Source: Malassezia furfur (taxonomy: Eukaryota). From it: a stretch of DNA of 32,118 bases. Positions 19,849-31,770 of this stretch are shown here, in pieces. A program made the position numbers and the translations under genes. Position 1 is the first letter of the stretch; each line of letters opens with the position of its first letter. The DNA is taken from assembly GCA_052055015.1 (NCBI GenBank), contig JBQJIT010000087.1; one strand, given 5' to 3'. The notes below the pieces were generated by a model. That model worked only from the letters and a program-made list of their open reading frames with translations. It was not told the origin of the DNA and made no database searches.

Positions 19849-21309
19849 ATGCCGCGCGAGATTATTACGCTCCAGGCAGGCCAATGCGGCAACCAGATTG
19901 GCTCACAGTTCTGGGAGTACCTTTGCCGTGAGCACGGCATCTCCCAGGATGGCACACTCGAGGATTTTGCGACTGAGGGCCAAGCGGGTGATCGGAAAGA
20001 CGTCTTCTTCTACCAGGCGGACGACGAGCACTATATCCCGCGCGCTATTCTCGTGGACTTGGAACCTAGGGTATGTCGCGCAGCATTCTCACTGTGCAGG
20101 TTATCAATAATATCATGGCAGGGCCATACCGAAGCCTGTACAACCCGGAAAACATTTACAGCAGCAAGGACGGCGGCGGTGCCGGCAACAACTGGGCACA
20201 AGGCTACGCGGCCGGCGAGAAGATTTCCGACGAGCTGATCGAGATGGTAGACCGTGAGGCAGATGGGAGCGACAGTCTTGGCGTACGTGGCTCGAGCTCA
20301 CACAGGGATTCTTCTTGACACACTCGATTGCCGGCGGTACCGGCTCCGGTCTGGGCAGTTTCTTGCTGGAGCGTCTGAACGACGCCTTCCCCAAGAAGCA
20401 GATCCAGACGTACAGTGTTTTCCCCAACTCGGAGGAGACGTCTGATGTGGTCGTTCAGCCATACAACTCGGTACTCACGCTCAAGCGCCTTGTGAACAAT
20501 GCCGACAGCGTTGTGGTACTGGACAATGCTGCGCTCAGTCGCATTGCAAGCGACCGTCTGCACATGCAGAACCCAAGCTACAGCCAGACGAACCAGCTGG
20601 TAAGCACGGTGATGGGGGCGTCCACGACGACGCTGCGGTACCCCGGCTATATGAACAACGACTTGGTCGGTATTCTTGCGTCGTTGATCCCTGCCCCACG
20701 GCTGCACTTCCTCATGACTTCGTACACGCCGTTTACCTCGGACAATGTGGACCGCGGCAAGGCAACGATGAAGACGACGGTGCTGGATGTGATGCGGCGA
20801 CTGCTCCAGCCCAAGAACCGGATGGTGAGCATCTCTGGACAGAGCAAGACAAGCTGCTACATGTCCGTGCTCAACATCATCCAGGGAGAGGTCGACCCGC
20901 GCGATGTGCACAAGAGTCTGCTGCGTATCCGAGAGCGGCACCTGGCGAGCTTTGTGCCGTGGGGGCCTGCGAGCATTCAAGTGGCCTTGTCGCGGCGCAG
21001 TCCCTACGTGGAGAGTTCGCACCGCGTGAGCGGGCTAATGCTCGCCAACCATACCGGCATTGCAAGCATGTTCAAGCGTACGGCGGACCAGTACGACAAG
21101 CTGCGCAAGCGCAACGCGTTCATGGAGATGTACAAGCGCGAGCCCATGTTTCAAGGGGGCGACTTGTCCGAATTGTGCGTCCTACAACTACTGACCACAG
21201 CGACGAAGCGCGCGAGACGCTGGCAGAGCTCATGTCCGAGTATCGCGCCGCCGAACGACCCGACTGTACGTTGCGTGCTTACCCAGACATTTCCGGCCCC
21301 GACGCGTAG
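19849..21309 (+). CDS. TUB4: Gamma-tubulin; introns 20071-20099 (29), 20283-20305 (23), 21175-21200 (26), 21266-21286 (21, in frame)
   Basis: [78 protein letters not shown] and SGLMLANHT; the spliced C-terminus [23 protein letters not shown] matches the gamma-tubulin tail. Confidence 0.97.
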
Positions 21310-21446
21310 GACCCCTGTACTGTACCATAGCCTCGACGCCTACGACGCGCCTATCCCCCGATGGCCCGATCGCCACGTGTGTTCGCCAAGACAAGCACCG
21401 CCGAGCTGCGAGCACGGAGGTACATGCCGAGCGGTCGTCAACTATA

Positions 21447-24400
21447 ATGCGCGATACCTCCTCGTTCCCTGGCAATAGGGGCGAGTCAGAGGCGCGGCCG
21501 AATGTGCGTCTCGAGACAGACGCACATGCGCCCGACGCCGCTGGCGGGTGGGAGCCGCTGGCGTCACCGTCACCGCCGCTCCTCTCGCCGCTGACCGACC
21601 GCCCGCCGAGCGTGGATTTGAGCACACGTCCGCCGACGCGCTGGTCGAGTGGCGAGTCCCTCGCAGGTGCATATGCCGCGGACGCCATGCACGATGTACG
21701 CAGTCCGCCGCTCAAGGCGTACGGCGGCGACGACGACGACGACGTGGAGCACCAAGATATGGGCACGTTTACCAACCGCGGCGCATCGGACCCGCGCTGG
21801 CAGAGCTTTGCATCGCTGCCGCTCAACGATGACGGAGAAAGCAAGCGGTCGACGTCCGTGCTAGGCGACGCGTTCGATACCTACATGCTCCGCGACGGCG
21901 ATTCACCCAGGCACCCCGACCGCTTCCCCGCCCAGGAGCGGCACGCGGGGTGGGCCGAGTACCTACCCACGAGTGCCATTGACGAGTACGACCAAGGCAA
22001 CGAGCCTTCCGATGACGAAGAGGCGCGCGCGCCCTCCGCGGAGTCGCAAAGTGGCCCGCGTCCACGCGAGACACTATCTCAGCGTCTCCAAGACCTGGCG
22101 CAGAGCGGGCGCGAGGCGATCGGGCGCGCCAAGGAGCGCATGCGCCTCGCGAGCGACTCGATGCCCTGGCGGCAAGAGCGCTCGCGCGAGGGCCCGTGGC
22201 TGCCAATGGAGGATGCAGACCACCCCGACGAGAGCGGTGCGGTGCCGGACGTACGGCCGGTGCATGCGCGGCTACGGGGCAAGACGCTGCTGTACTTTGG
22301 TCCCACGCATCCCGTGCGCGTGTGGTGCGCGCGCGTGCTCGAGTCGTGGTGGGTGGAGCCGGTGATCCTCGCGCTGATCACGACGAACCTGGTGGTGTTG
22401 ATCGTGTCGTCGAGCCGGGACATTTTTACGCACCCGCCGCGGTACGACATGCTGACCAGCGGCGAGCAGATTGTGCTGCTGTGTATTTTTTCCTTGTATA
22501 CCCTGGAAATGGCCGCGCGCGTGATTGTGTCCGGCCTGCTCATCGACCCGCCGCCGCCCGAGACGGCGCATCCGTCGGTGCAGGTGGTGCAGAATGCCTC
22601 CACCGACTCGCTGCCGAGCAAGGAGGCGGCCGAGGTCGTGCCCGTATCGATGCAGAGCAATACGGTGCCCACCATGTACCGCGTGTACCGCATGCTGCGC
22701 GAGCAGGTGGAGCGCATCCTGCACCCGTATGGCACTGCGGCGCGGGCGCATGCGGCGACGCACCTCGAGGGCGTCAAGCCGACCGAAGGCATCACAAGCG
22801 ATGGCCAGGCGCACACGCTGCCGCTCGGGCCACTGCCGGACACGCCGTGGGGCGGGTCGGTGTCGGAGGAGCACACCGTGTTTTACCGCGCGTGGCAGCA
22901 CTGCATGACGGTGCTGCTGCGCTTTTCGCGCGGGATCACGGGCAATGTGAGCGTGTTGTCCGAGCGCGCCTACCTGCGGCACAGCTGGAACCGCGTCGAC
23001 ATCCTCGCGATCGTGTGCTACTGGGTGGCTATGGCGCTCAGTCTGACACACACCGAAGAGACGCCGCACCGGCACATTTACCTGTTCCGTGCGGTGAGCG
23101 TGCTGCGGTGTGCGCGGCTAATGGCGCTGCCGAGCGGCGTGGTCATGATTCTGCTGTCGCTCAAGCGCGTCGCACCGCTGCTGATGCGCGTCGCCTACTT
23201 TATCGGGTTCTTCATGCTGCTGTTCGCCATCATCGGCATCCAGAGCTTCAAGGGGTCGTACCGGCGGCAGTGTGTGTGGATCGGCGATTTGAACAACGAG
23301 CAAGGCTTCAACTATACCCTCGACCAGCTGTGTGGCGGCTCGTACGATCCCCTCAATTCAAGTGCCAAGATTGGGCACGTCCTGCTCGACGGCCGGGCGT
23401 CGGGCGAGCGGCCCAAGGGCTACATCTGCCCGTACGGCCAGCTGTGTATGGAGCAGGAGGTGAATCCGAACAACAACGTGCAAAGCTTCGACAATGTCTT
23501 TACGTCGCTCCTGCAAGTGTCCATCGTCATCTCGCTCAACGGATGGAGCGACACGATGTACGACATGATCGATGCCGACTACTACACGGCGTGCATCTTC
23601 TTCATCTTTGGCATCATCCTGCTCAACTTTTGGCTGGCCAATCTGCTTGTCGCGGTGATCACGCATTCGTTTGCGTCGCTCAGCGCGCAGATGGAGCACA
23701 GCGCGTTTGCCGCGATCGTGACGCACCCCGAGCCGGTGGCCGACGCCGACGACACGCGGCGAAGGCGGCGCATGCGGCGCCGGGCGATCGAGCTGTACAA
23801 GCGCGCCTGGGGCTACACCAAGTACCTGTGGCTTGCGTTGATTGTGCTGAGCATCTCGATTCAGGGCTCGCAGAGCGCCTACCAGTTCCCCGATGCGCAG
23901 CTATGGCGCGACCGTGCGGAGCGCTACTTGACGATCGCGTTTGACGCGGAGATCGTGCTGCGGTTCGCGACGTATGCGCTGGACGGCAACCCGCGGGCCT
24001 TCCTGCGGAAGAAGCACAACGTGGTGGACCTGTTTCTCGCGGTGATCACGTCGGTGATCCAGATCCCGGCCGTGCACGAGTCGGGGTGGTACCCGTGGCT
24101 GACCTTTTTCCAGCTCGCGCGTTTCTACCGCGTGATTGCGGCGATTCCGCGCATGCGGGTGCTGCTGCAGCGTGTGTTGGGTTCGGTGGACTCGCTGTTC
24201 AACATGATTGCCTTCCTGATCATGGTGATTTTCATGGCGGCGCTGTTCAGCGTGCAGCTCTTCCGCGGCGACATCCATGAAGAGGACGACGACGGCGAGG
24301 AACACGAAATGACGTGGAAGCAGCTCTTCAACGGCTTCCTCGCGGTATACCAGGTGTTCTCCTCGGAAAATTGGACCGACCCACTGTTCAATGTACTCAG

Positions 24401-27400
24401 CACCGAGCGCAACTACCACCAGGCGGTCATTGCAGGCATCTTCCTTGTGGGCTGGTTCATCTTTGCCAACTTTATCGTGCTACAAATGTTCATTGCGGTA
24501 ATCAACGAAAACTTCCGCGTCGCCGAGGGCGACAAGTACAAGCGGCAGATGGAGGCGTACCTGAAGCGCTCCGAGCCGCGGCGCATGTCGCGCCTCGAGC
24601 GCCTGATGCAAATGTTTAGTCCCTTCCGCGAGCGGCGCCCGCGCGAGCCCAAGCTGCCGACGCCCGGCGGCGTCGTTCCGGAGCCGGTCGCCGAGTCGAT
24701 TGTGCCGATCAATACGATCGCGGGGCCGCCCGCCGACGATGCCGAGGACAAGAAGCCGAGCCTGTTTATGCAGCTCATCACGCCCGACCGCGCGGGCCAG
24801 GCGGTGGACACGCTGCAGCGCGTGCTGCGCCTCGACAAGCCGCGCGAGCACGCGCGGTTCAAGGCGCTGCAGGCACGCATGCAAGAGTCCGGCGACGACC
24901 CCAGCGCGCGGCGGCGCACGCTGTACGAGTACGAGCACGTCTACTACGACGAGGACGAGCAGGCGCGGCTCGTCGGTGGGCGGCAGGCGGTGCGCGATTT
25001 GCGCACGGACTTGGGCCTAACGGACCACGACGCGGACCAAGCCGAGTTCCTGCAGGACTATCTGCAGCGCTCCGAAAACGACCCGCGCATCCGCATGGCG
25101 CGCACCATTGCCGAGCACCCGCTGTACGATCGCTCCTACTTCATCTTCTCGAATCGGAACCCGATCCGGCGCTTCTGCCAGAGCCTCACGCCGTGCTCGC
25201 ACGGCGAGCGCGTATTTGGCCGGCCGATGTCGCGCATCCGCAACTACGTGTTCCAGTCGATCATCTTTGCGGCGATCGTCGGCTCCGTGGTGGTGGCGGC
25301 GATCGCCACGCCGCAGTACCGCAAACAGTACTATGCGGACCACGGCGTGGTGTTTGCGTCGTGGTTCTCGGTGATTGAGCTGAGCCTGTCGGTCTTTTTC
25401 GTGATCGAGTTCTTCGTCAAGACAATCGCCGACGGCCTGGCGTTCACGCCGAACGCGTACGTGCTGAGCGTGTGGAACTTGCTCGACATGTTTGTGCTGA
25501 TCTCGCTGCTGATCAACGTCATCAGTGAGCTGGTGGTTGCCGGCGGTGTGTCGCACTTCACGCGTGCGCTCAAGGCGTTCCGTGCCTTGCGGCTGATCAA
25601 CCTGTCGGCGCTCATGCGCGACACGTTCCATGCGGTGATGATTGCCGGTGCGGGGCGTATCCTCGATGCGTCGCTGCTCGCGCTGCTCTACATCATCCCG
25701 TACGCGGTGTGGGGCCAGAACCTGTTTGCGGGCCTGATGTACTCGTGCAACGACGACAGCTCCTCGATCCGCTCCAAGCTCGACTGCCACGGCGAGTTTT
25801 CCTCGTCGCCGCTCAACTGGTCGTTTCTGGCGCCGCGCGTGTGGGCGAACCCGACCGAGGGGAGCCACTACTCGTTCGACGACTTTAAGAGCTCGCTGCT
25901 GATCCTGTTTGAGATTGTCTCGCTCGAGGGGTGGATCGACGTGATGACGCAGGCGATGAAGATCGTCGGACGCGACCAGCAGCCGCGGACGGACGCCGCG
26001 CAGCACAATGCGCTCTTCTTCTTGATCTACAACCTGATCGGTGCCGTGAGCGTCCTGACCCTGTTCGTGTCGGTGATCATTGAAAACTTCCAGCGGTACT
26101 CGGGCGCGGCATACCTCACCACCGAGCAGCGCCAGTGGCTCGACCTCAAGCGCCAGCTGCGCCGCCAGACGGCGTCCAAGCGACCCAAGGTCTTGCCCAC
26201 GAACCGGTTCGTGAAGTGGTGCTACCGCGCGGCAACGCTCAAGCAGGGCTGGTGGCTGCGCTCCATGACCATCATGCACCTGTGCATCCTCGTGGTGCTC
26301 GTCACGCAGCAGTTCCGCGACCCGCCGTACGCGGAGCGCATCCGGAGCATCATCTACACGGTGCTGGCCACCGTGTACCTCGCCGACATCCTCGTGCGGC
26401 TCATTGGGCTCGGCGCGTCGAGCTTTGCGCGGAATCTGTGGAACTGGTACGACGTCGTGGTCATGGCCGGCGTGATGGGCACCAGCATCCCGCTCGCAGT
26501 GCACGCGGGCGGCTCGCAGGTGCACGCGCAGATGCAAAAGATCTTCCTGACAGGCGTCGCCTTGAAGCTGGTGCAGCGCAACGACTCGCTCAACCAGCTG
26601 TTCAAGACGGCCATCGGGAGCGTGCCGGCCATCTTCAGCCTGTTCCTGCTGTGGCTCACCATGTTCTTCGTGTGGGGCATCATGCTCGTCGAGGTGTTTG
26701 GGCTGACGAAGTGGGGCGCCAACGAGACCTACGCCAAGAACCTCAGCTCGCTCTGGGGCACGCTCGTCTTTTTGCTGATGACATCCACGGGCGAGGGGTG
26801 GAACTCGTACATGCACGACTACACCGTGCAGCCGCCGCTGTGCACGCCATCGTACAACTACCTCGAAACGGACTGCGGCTCGCTGCCGTGGGCCTACTTC
26901 CTGTTCATCACGTGGAACATCATCTCGATGTACATCTTCCTCAACATGTTCACCGCGACGGTGGTCGAAAACTTCTCGTACGTCTTCCACCTGCAGGGCA
27001 GCACGGCGCTGTCGCGCGAGCAGATGCGCCTCTACAAGGACGCCTGGACCAAGTACGACCCCGAGGGCTCCGGCTACATCCGCCGCCAGGACATTGTGCC
27101 GTTCCTCACCAAGCTCCGCGGCATGTTCGAGGTCGGGCTCTACCCGCCGGACGCAAGCGTGCCGGCGCTGATGGAGCGCGCGCGCGCCGTGACGCCGGCC
27201 AACACCGCGCCGTCGTCGCCGTCGTCGCCCGCGCGCTCCAAGCGCGGTCTGCAGCTGCCCCGCAGTCCGCTGCGCAGCACACACAGCCCGCGCTCGCCGC
27301 GATCGCCACGCACCCCCGTGTCGCACCGCGGCAGTGCGCCAGGCCACTCGCCCCATCGCCTCTCGTTCTCGGACGCGGCATCGACCGCCGGCACGGTCCG

Positions 27401-28229
27401 CATCGAGAGCGGCCTGGACATCGACCGGCTGACGGCGCTCGTCAGCCACCTCGATCCGGCCGAGTTGCGCCGGCGGCGTGCGCGGTTCAATCGCATGTAC
27501 CAAGAGGCGCTCCTCACCGACAAGGGCAAGGGTGTGTCGTTTACGTCGATGCTGTTCATCCTTGCCTACTACAAAATGTGCTCCAAGCCCACCAACATGG
27601 AGGTGTCCGAGTTTATCGAGCGCCGCGCGCTGCTCGACCGCATCGACAACACCATCAGTCTAGAGCGTGTGCGGGGGCTGCTGGGCACCGTGTACCTACG
27701 CCGCCGCTTCCTCGCGGCGCGCGCCAACCACGAGCACATCACGCACGTCGCTATGCCGAGCGACGAGCGTGGCTTCCCCTCGATCACCGTCGAGGGCGAC
27801 GTGGGGCGCACGCCGCCGCGGCCCGACATCCGCATCGACACGCGCCTCGCTACCGAACACAGCCCGCGTGCGAGCACGGTCTCCGGCACGAGCGCTCCGG
27901 CGTGGCCGTTCCAGGCGACTCCCGACGGACTGCGCACGCCCAACTCGGCGGCATACCCCGACTACTTTGGCGGCGACATTGCCGACGGTGCCAGCGATGT
28001 GCACCTGTCCCCGATGTCCGTGTCGCCCGTGGCGCGCCGCCGCCTCTCGTTCAACGAACACGGCCCGAATCCGTTTGCAGACCCGCCGCGCGCGCGCAGC
28101 GACGACGAGCCGCCCGGCAGTTCCTCCTCCATCCAAACCCACCGCACCCCGTCGCCCTCGTACGACATGGGTGCGTGGAACTCGGTCATGCGCCGTCTGT
28201 CGCCCGAGCGGCACGACGACCTGACTTGA
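21447..28229 (+). CDS. CCH1: High-affinity Ca2+ channel Cch1 (four-repeat voltage-gated channel-like), intronless, 2260 aa
   Basis: Four 6-TM repeats with pore loops SLNGW, SSENW, SLEGW and TGEGW (N/E/E/E filter typical of fungal Cch1). Also [27 protein letters not shown], a III-IV linker [13 protein letters not shown] and an EF-hand-like [12 protein letters not shown]. Confidence 0.95.
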   Translation: MRDTSSFPGNRGESEARPNVRLETDAHAPDAAGGWEPLASPSPPLLSPLTDRPPSVDLSTRPPTRWSSGESLAGAYAADAMHDVRSPPLKAYGGDDDDDVEHQDMGTFTNRGASDPRWQSFASLPLNDDGESKRSTSVLGDAFDTYMLRDGDSPRHPDRFPAQERHAGWAEYLPTSAIDEYDQGNEPSDDEEARAPSAESQSGPRPRETLSQRLQDLAQSGREAIGRAKERMRLASDSMPWRQERSREGPWLPMEDADHPDESGAVPDVRPVHARLRGKTLLYFGPTHPVRVWCARVLESWWVEPVILALITTNLVVLIVSSSRDIFTHPPRYDMLTSGEQIVLLCIFSLYTLEMAARVIVSGLLIDPPPPETAHPSVQVVQNASTDSLPSKEAAEVVPVSMQSNTVPTMYRVYRMLREQVERILHPYGTAARAHAATHLEGVKPTEGITSDGQAHTLPLGPLPDTPWGGSVSEEHTVFYRAWQHCMTVLLRFSRGITGNVSVLSERAYLRHSWNRVDILAIVCYWVAMALSLTHTEETPHRHIYLFRAVSVLRCARLMALPSGVVMILLSLKRVAPLLMRVAYFIGFFMLLFAIIGIQSFKGSYRRQCVWIGDLNNEQGFNYTLDQLCGGSYDPLNSSAKIGHVLLDGRASGERPKGYICPYGQLCMEQEVNPNNNVQSFDNVFTSLLQVSIVISLNGWSDTMYDMIDADYYTACIFFIFGIILLNFWLANLLVAVITHSFASLSAQMEHSAFAAIVTHPEPVADADDTRRRRRMRRRAIELYKRAWGYTKYLWLALIVLSISIQGSQSAYQFPDAQLWRDRAERYLTIAFDAEIVLRFATYALDGNPRAFLRKKHNVVDLFLAVITSVIQIPAVHESGWYPWLTFFQLARFYRVIAAIPRMRVLLQRVLGSVDSLFNMIAFLIMVIFMAALFSVQLFRGDIHEEDDDGEEHEMTWKQLFNGFLAVYQVFSSENWTDPLFNVLSTERNYHQAVIAGIFLVGWFIFANFIVLQMFIAVINENFRVAEGDKYKRQMEAYLKRSEPRRMSRLERLMQMFSPFRERRPREPKLPTPGGVVPEPVAESIVPINTIAGPPADDAEDKKPSLFMQLITPDRAGQAVDTLQRVLRLDKPREHARFKALQARMQESGDDPSARRRTLYEYEHVYYDEDEQARLVGGRQAVRDLRTDLGLTDHDADQAEFLQDYLQRSENDPRIRMARTIAEHPLYDRSYFIFSNRNPIRRFCQSLTPCSHGERVFGRPMSRIRNYVFQSIIFAAIVGSVVVAAIATPQYRKQYYADHGVVFASWFSVIELSLSVFFVIEFFVKTIADGLAFTPNAYVLSVWNLLDMFVLISLLINVISELVVAGGVSHFTRALKAFRALRLINLSALMRDTFHAVMIAGAGRILDASLLALLYIIPYAVWGQNLFAGLMYSCNDDSSSIRSKLDCHGEFSSSPLNWSFLAPRVWANPTEGSHYSFDDFKSSLLILFEIVSLEGWIDVMTQAMKIVGRDQQPRTDAAQHNALFFLIYNLIGAVSVLTLFVSVIIENFQRYSGAAYLTTEQRQWLDLKRQLRRQTASKRPKVLPTNRFVKWCYRAATLKQGWWLRSMTIMHLCILVVLVTQQFRDPPYAERIRSIIYTVLATVYLADILVRLIGLGASSFARNLWNWYDVVVMAGVMGTSIPLAVHAGGSQVHAQMQKIFLTGVALKLVQRNDSLNQLFKTAIGSVPAIFSLFLLWLTMFFVWGIMLVEVFGLTKWGANETYAKNLSSLWGTLVFLLMTSTGEGWNSYMHDYTVQPPLCTPSYNYLETDCGSLPWAYFLFITWNIISMYIFLNMFTATVVENFSYVFHLQGSTALSREQMRLYKDAWTKYDPEGSGYIRRQDIVPFLTKLRGMFEVGLYPPDASVPALMERARAVTPANTAPSSPSSPARSKRGLQLPRSPLRSTHSPRSPRSPRTPVSHRGSAPGHSPHRLSFSDAASTAGTVRIESGLDIDRLTALVSHLDPAELRRRRARFNRMYQEALLTDKGKGVSFTSMLFILAYYKMCSKPTNMEVSEFIERRALLDRIDNTISLERVRGLLGTVYLRRRFLAARANHEHITHVAMPSDERGFPSITVEGDVGRTPPRPDIRIDTRLATEHSPRASTVSGTSAPAWPFQATPDGLRTPNSAAYPDYFGGDIADGASDVHLSPMSVSPVARRRLSFNEHGPNPFADPPRARSDDEPPGSSSSIQTHRTPSPSYDMGAWNSVMRRLSPERHDDLT

Positions 28230-28305
28230 CGACGTTCATACGCTAGATATAGCATACAGCCCTTAAGATCCCTGTCCCCTCCACCTGCCTCCACCTGCCT
28301 CTGCC

Positions 28306-30153
28306 ATGGCCCCGACGCAGGAAGACGCCGCGCCGGCGACGCCGCCGGCCGCTGCCGCATCGGCGCCAAACACTGGCGTGCCCGCCGCGCCACCCGCACA
28401 GACAGGCGCGCCGGACGCGTCCAAGGGTCTGATCGCGTCGATGATGGAGAACAACCCCTACTTCTCCGCCGGCTTCGGCCTGATGCTCTTTGGCGGCGTG
28501 CTGGCCTACTCGCGCAGCCTCGTGCAGTTTGGCGCGAATGCCGCCAAGCACCGCATGCTCGTCTCGCTCGAAATCCCGTCCAAAGACCGCGCGCACCCGT
28601 GGTTCCTGCACTGGATGGGCGCGCAGGCACAGGCACAGGCGCTCCGCCGCAAGGCGTACGATGGCCATCCGCCGCGCGAGTCGCTCCTCGAGTTCCTCGG
28701 CGTGCGCCACGCGGCGCCTTCGCATGCGCCCGACGCCGATGCACGCGCGCGCGACGCCCACTCAGACCCCCTGCGCGCCGGCAACGAGGTGGTGTCGCCC
28801 GTGCGCATCATCTCGCGCGACTTGGCCGTCGACACGCAATACACCGAGCCGACGACCGGCGGACGCGACGACGACGAGCGCGGCAAGGCGACGTTTTCGC
28901 TGGTCCCCGGCCCGGGCACGCACTACTTCCGCTACCGGGGCGTGTGGATCCGTCTGCACCGCGAGCGCAACGGCAAGCTCGTCGACCTGTCGACGGGGGC
29001 GCCGTGGGAGACGGTGACGCTGACGACGCTTGCATCGTACTCGCATCTATTTACGCAGCTCCTCGCAGAGGCGCGCCAGCTCGCACTCGCCTCGACGCAA
29101 GGCAAGACGGTCATCTTCACGAGCTGGGGCGCCGAGTGGCGCCCGTTTGGGCACCCGCGCCGCGTGCGTGAGCTGGACAGTGTGGTGCTCGACACGGACA
29201 AGAAGGACGAGCTGGTGGGCGACGTGCGCCGCTTTTTGAGCCGCGGGCCGTGGTATGCGAAGCGCGGCATACCGTACCGCCGCGGGTATCTGCTGCACGG
29301 CGCGCCGGGCTCAGGCAAGACGTCGTTCATCACCGCGCTCGCGGGCAGCCTCGACTTCAACATCTGCCTGCTGAATCTTGCTGAGCGCGGCATGACCGAC
29401 GACAAGCTCAACCACCTGCTCTCGAACGCGCCGGAGCGCAGCATTTTGTTGTTGGAGGACGTGGACGCGGCATTTGCTGGGCGGCAGCACCACGCGCCCG
29501 AGCGCCATGCAGACGGCTACCAGCCGAGCGTCACGTTCTCGGGGCTGCTCAATGCGCTCGACGGCGTTGCCTCGGGAGAGTCGCGCATCATCTTTATGAC
29601 GACCAACCACCTCGAGCGCCTCGACCCTGCGCTGATCCGACCAGGGCGCGTCGACATGATCTGTGAGCTCGGCGACGCGCGGCCGAGCCAGGTGCGCGAG
29701 CTGCTCGTGCGCTTCTACCAGGCCGACCGGCTCGAGGCGCGTCTCGACGACGCACGCCGCGCGCGCGGCTACGACCCCGCCGAGTTTGCGCACCCGCTCA
29801 ACCAGAGCGCGCCGGACGCGGGCACCGACTACTACCGGCACGCGCTCGAAGAGACCACCGCCGAGCTCCACCGCGCCGCCGACCAGCTCGTGCGCGAGGT
29901 GGAGCAGGCGACGCAGCGCCGCCGTGCAGCGCTGCACCTCGATGCAGACGGCTACGCACCCGGCGAGGGCAAGGAGGTGCGCGCCGCCCGCTCGGGCTTC
30001 TGGCCCCGGCCCGCGGCCCGCGGCGGTGTAAGCATGGCTGAGCTGCAGGGCCTGTTTATCCGCTTCCCGGACGACCCGCACGCGGCGGTGCAGGCGTTTG
30101 CCGAGGAGAATGCCGCGCTCGCCGAGATGCTCGAGAACGCATCGCCTCCTTAG
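28306..30153 (+). CDS. BCS1: Mitochondrial AAA chaperone Bcs1 (complex III Rieske insertion)
   Basis: NPYFSAGFGL, LEIPSKD, LVPGPGTHYFRY, PWETVTLTTL, WGAEWRPFG.PR, RGIPYRRGYLLHGAPGSGKTS (Walker A), LLLEDVDAAF (Walker B), FMTTNH, LDPALIRPGRVD and SMAELQGLF. Confidence 0.96.
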   Translation: MAPTQEDAAPATPPAAAASAPNTGVPAAPPAQTGAPDASKGLIASMMENNPYFSAGFGLMLFGGVLAYSRSLVQFGANAAKHRMLVSLEIPSKDRAHPWFLHWMGAQAQAQALRRKAYDGHPPRESLLEFLGVRHAAPSHAPDADARARDAHSDPLRAGNEVVSPVRIISRDLAVDTQYTEPTTGGRDDDERGKATFSLVPGPGTHYFRYRGVWIRLHRERNGKLVDLSTGAPWETVTLTTLASYSHLFTQLLAEARQLALASTQGKTVIFTSWGAEWRPFGHPRRVRELDSVVLDTDKKDELVGDVRRFLSRGPWYAKRGIPYRRGYLLHGAPGSGKTSFITALAGSLDFNICLLNLAERGMTDDKLNHLLSNAPERSILLLEDVDAAFAGRQHHAPERHADGYQPSVTFSGLLNALDGVASGESRIIFMTTNHLERLDPALIRPGRVDMICELGDARPSQVRELLVRFYQADRLEARLDDARRARGYDPAEFAHPLNQSAPDAGTDYYRHALEETTAELHRAADQLVREVEQATQRRRAALHLDADGYAPGEGKEVRAARSGFWPRPAARGGVSMAELQGLFIRFPDDPHAAVQAFAEENAALAEMLENASPP

Positions 30154-31770
30154 GTGGAGACACGGTCGCCGAGCGCGTGCGCTGCCGCAAACGCGGCGAA
30201 CAAAACAAGCTGGCTGAGAGCGTCGACGAGCGACGTGACGTAGGGCATGCACGACATGTCCGGGTCGTAGTCAAAGTACCACAGCAGCAAGCACAGTGTA
30301 TATCCCAGCGCCAGTGCCACGCACACGAGCAGCATGCTCAGCGAGGTGAAGCACACGGCAAACTGCCAGCCGAACACGAGACTGCCCGTCGCCCACAAGA
30401 CAAACAGGTAGCTCACCTGCACCGCAATCGTGCTGGCCAGCAGCGCGAGCGGCATCTGCCAGCCGCACAATGGCACCAGCCAGCCGCGTGAGCCGGGCGC
30501 CGTGGGCGCCGCATCTGCGCGCGCATCGCCGTCCGCGTCGTGGATCGGCGCATACGTACCGAGCGCCGAGCGCGTCGGCGCCACGATGCGGCCCGTGTGC
30601 AGGGCAGACGACAGCGTGGACGACAAGATGGCTGCCGCGACGCCGGGGAGCCCACTCACCACCGGTGCGAGCAGCGCAAGGCCGTCGTACCTGTCGGCGT
30701 TGCGGTCGAGCAGCAGTCCTGCCACCGAGCTCACAACGGCGGCGACAATGAGCGGCACCCAGCCCTCGCCAAACAGCTCGCGCACGTACACGTTGCGCAG
30801 CGTCATAATCACCATCACGCAGCAGATCCCGATCAGCACCACAAACAGCACAAGCGAGAGCAGCGAGCCCTCGGTGGGGAACATGCCCGCAGCCAGCACG
30901 CCCAGGATGGTCAGCGTGACCAGGTCGCCGAGCGACCCGGCGATCGGTACGACGCTCTGGTCCGGGTCAATGCGGAAGCGCCGCGACCAAATCACTAGTG
31001 CGCACAAACACGTCCCCTGCGCCGCAGACGACAGCGACGCGGACATCATCGCGACCGCGACGATCATAAAAAATTCCAGGTAGCCGTTCCGCAGCCGAAG
31101 CGCACGGTTCACATTAGGTCGGTTGGGGTTGTGGATGCCGCGCGGCGCGAGCGCAGAGGCAGTTGCGTTCGACACAGCGGAGAAGGCTGTTGCGCTCGCA
31201 TCGGCACTTGGCGCGGCGGCCAGCGCCGCGGCGTTGTTGTTCCAGTCGTGGCCGAGCACGAACGACAATGCACCGGCGACGCATGCAATGATGAGCGCCT
31301 GTGCCTGAAGGAGTGCTAAGTTGCCGCGCACCAGTGTCTGGCGCGTACGCCGGCTGTCGAGCTCGCCCATATTGGACTGTGGGTAAGTGCACGCAACGTA
31401 CCGCTGTAGACATGCGGAGCGACAGATTCAGCTCCAGGTTACCCTTGAGGTTGAACATAATGGGCACCAGCACGAGAAACTTGTCCACCGCTTGGAACAC
31501 GTTCCAGTGCTGGAGTCAGCTACGTGCACGTACCGATACCCGGTCCAGCTCGCGGCCGGACAGCAGCAACCCCGCAGCGGCCAGCACCAGCATGGGAAGA
31601 GTTTGTAGCACGGCGCTCCCAAACGACCGCGGAAGCAGCTCCTTTTCTTGTTCCGACTGCGTGGGCTCGCTAGGGCCCGGGGGTATCGGCAGCACGGCCT
31701 GGGATGACATTGCGTCGTATTTGACGGCGTCATCGCCGTCCTCGACACCCTCTGCGGATGGTCGCTGCAT
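30150..31770 (-). CDS. SLC41/MgtE-family divalent cation transporter; introns 31510-31533 (24, in-frame stop) and 31377-31401 (25)
   Basis: SLC41 motifs LVPIMFNLKGNLELNLSLRMSTA|SNMGELD, GNLALLQAQA, IDPDQSVVPIAGSLGDLVTL, GWVPLIVAAVVSS.AGL.LD and YDPDMSCMPYVTSLVD (two MgtE-like halves). Confidence 0.85.

Noticed and set aside
25017..28246. 828-aa minus-strand and 703-aa alternative-frame ORFs inside CCH1 (also 22196-23944)
   Set aside because: Stop-poor shadow frames of a GC-rich CDS, consisting of low-complexity R/A/G/P sequence.
28620..30030. Extra segments in Bcs1 (N-domain and C-terminal insertions) as possible hidden in-frame introns
   Set aside because: I found no convincing donor/branch/acceptor set of the local 21-36 nt type by eye; treated as lineage-specific protein insertions.
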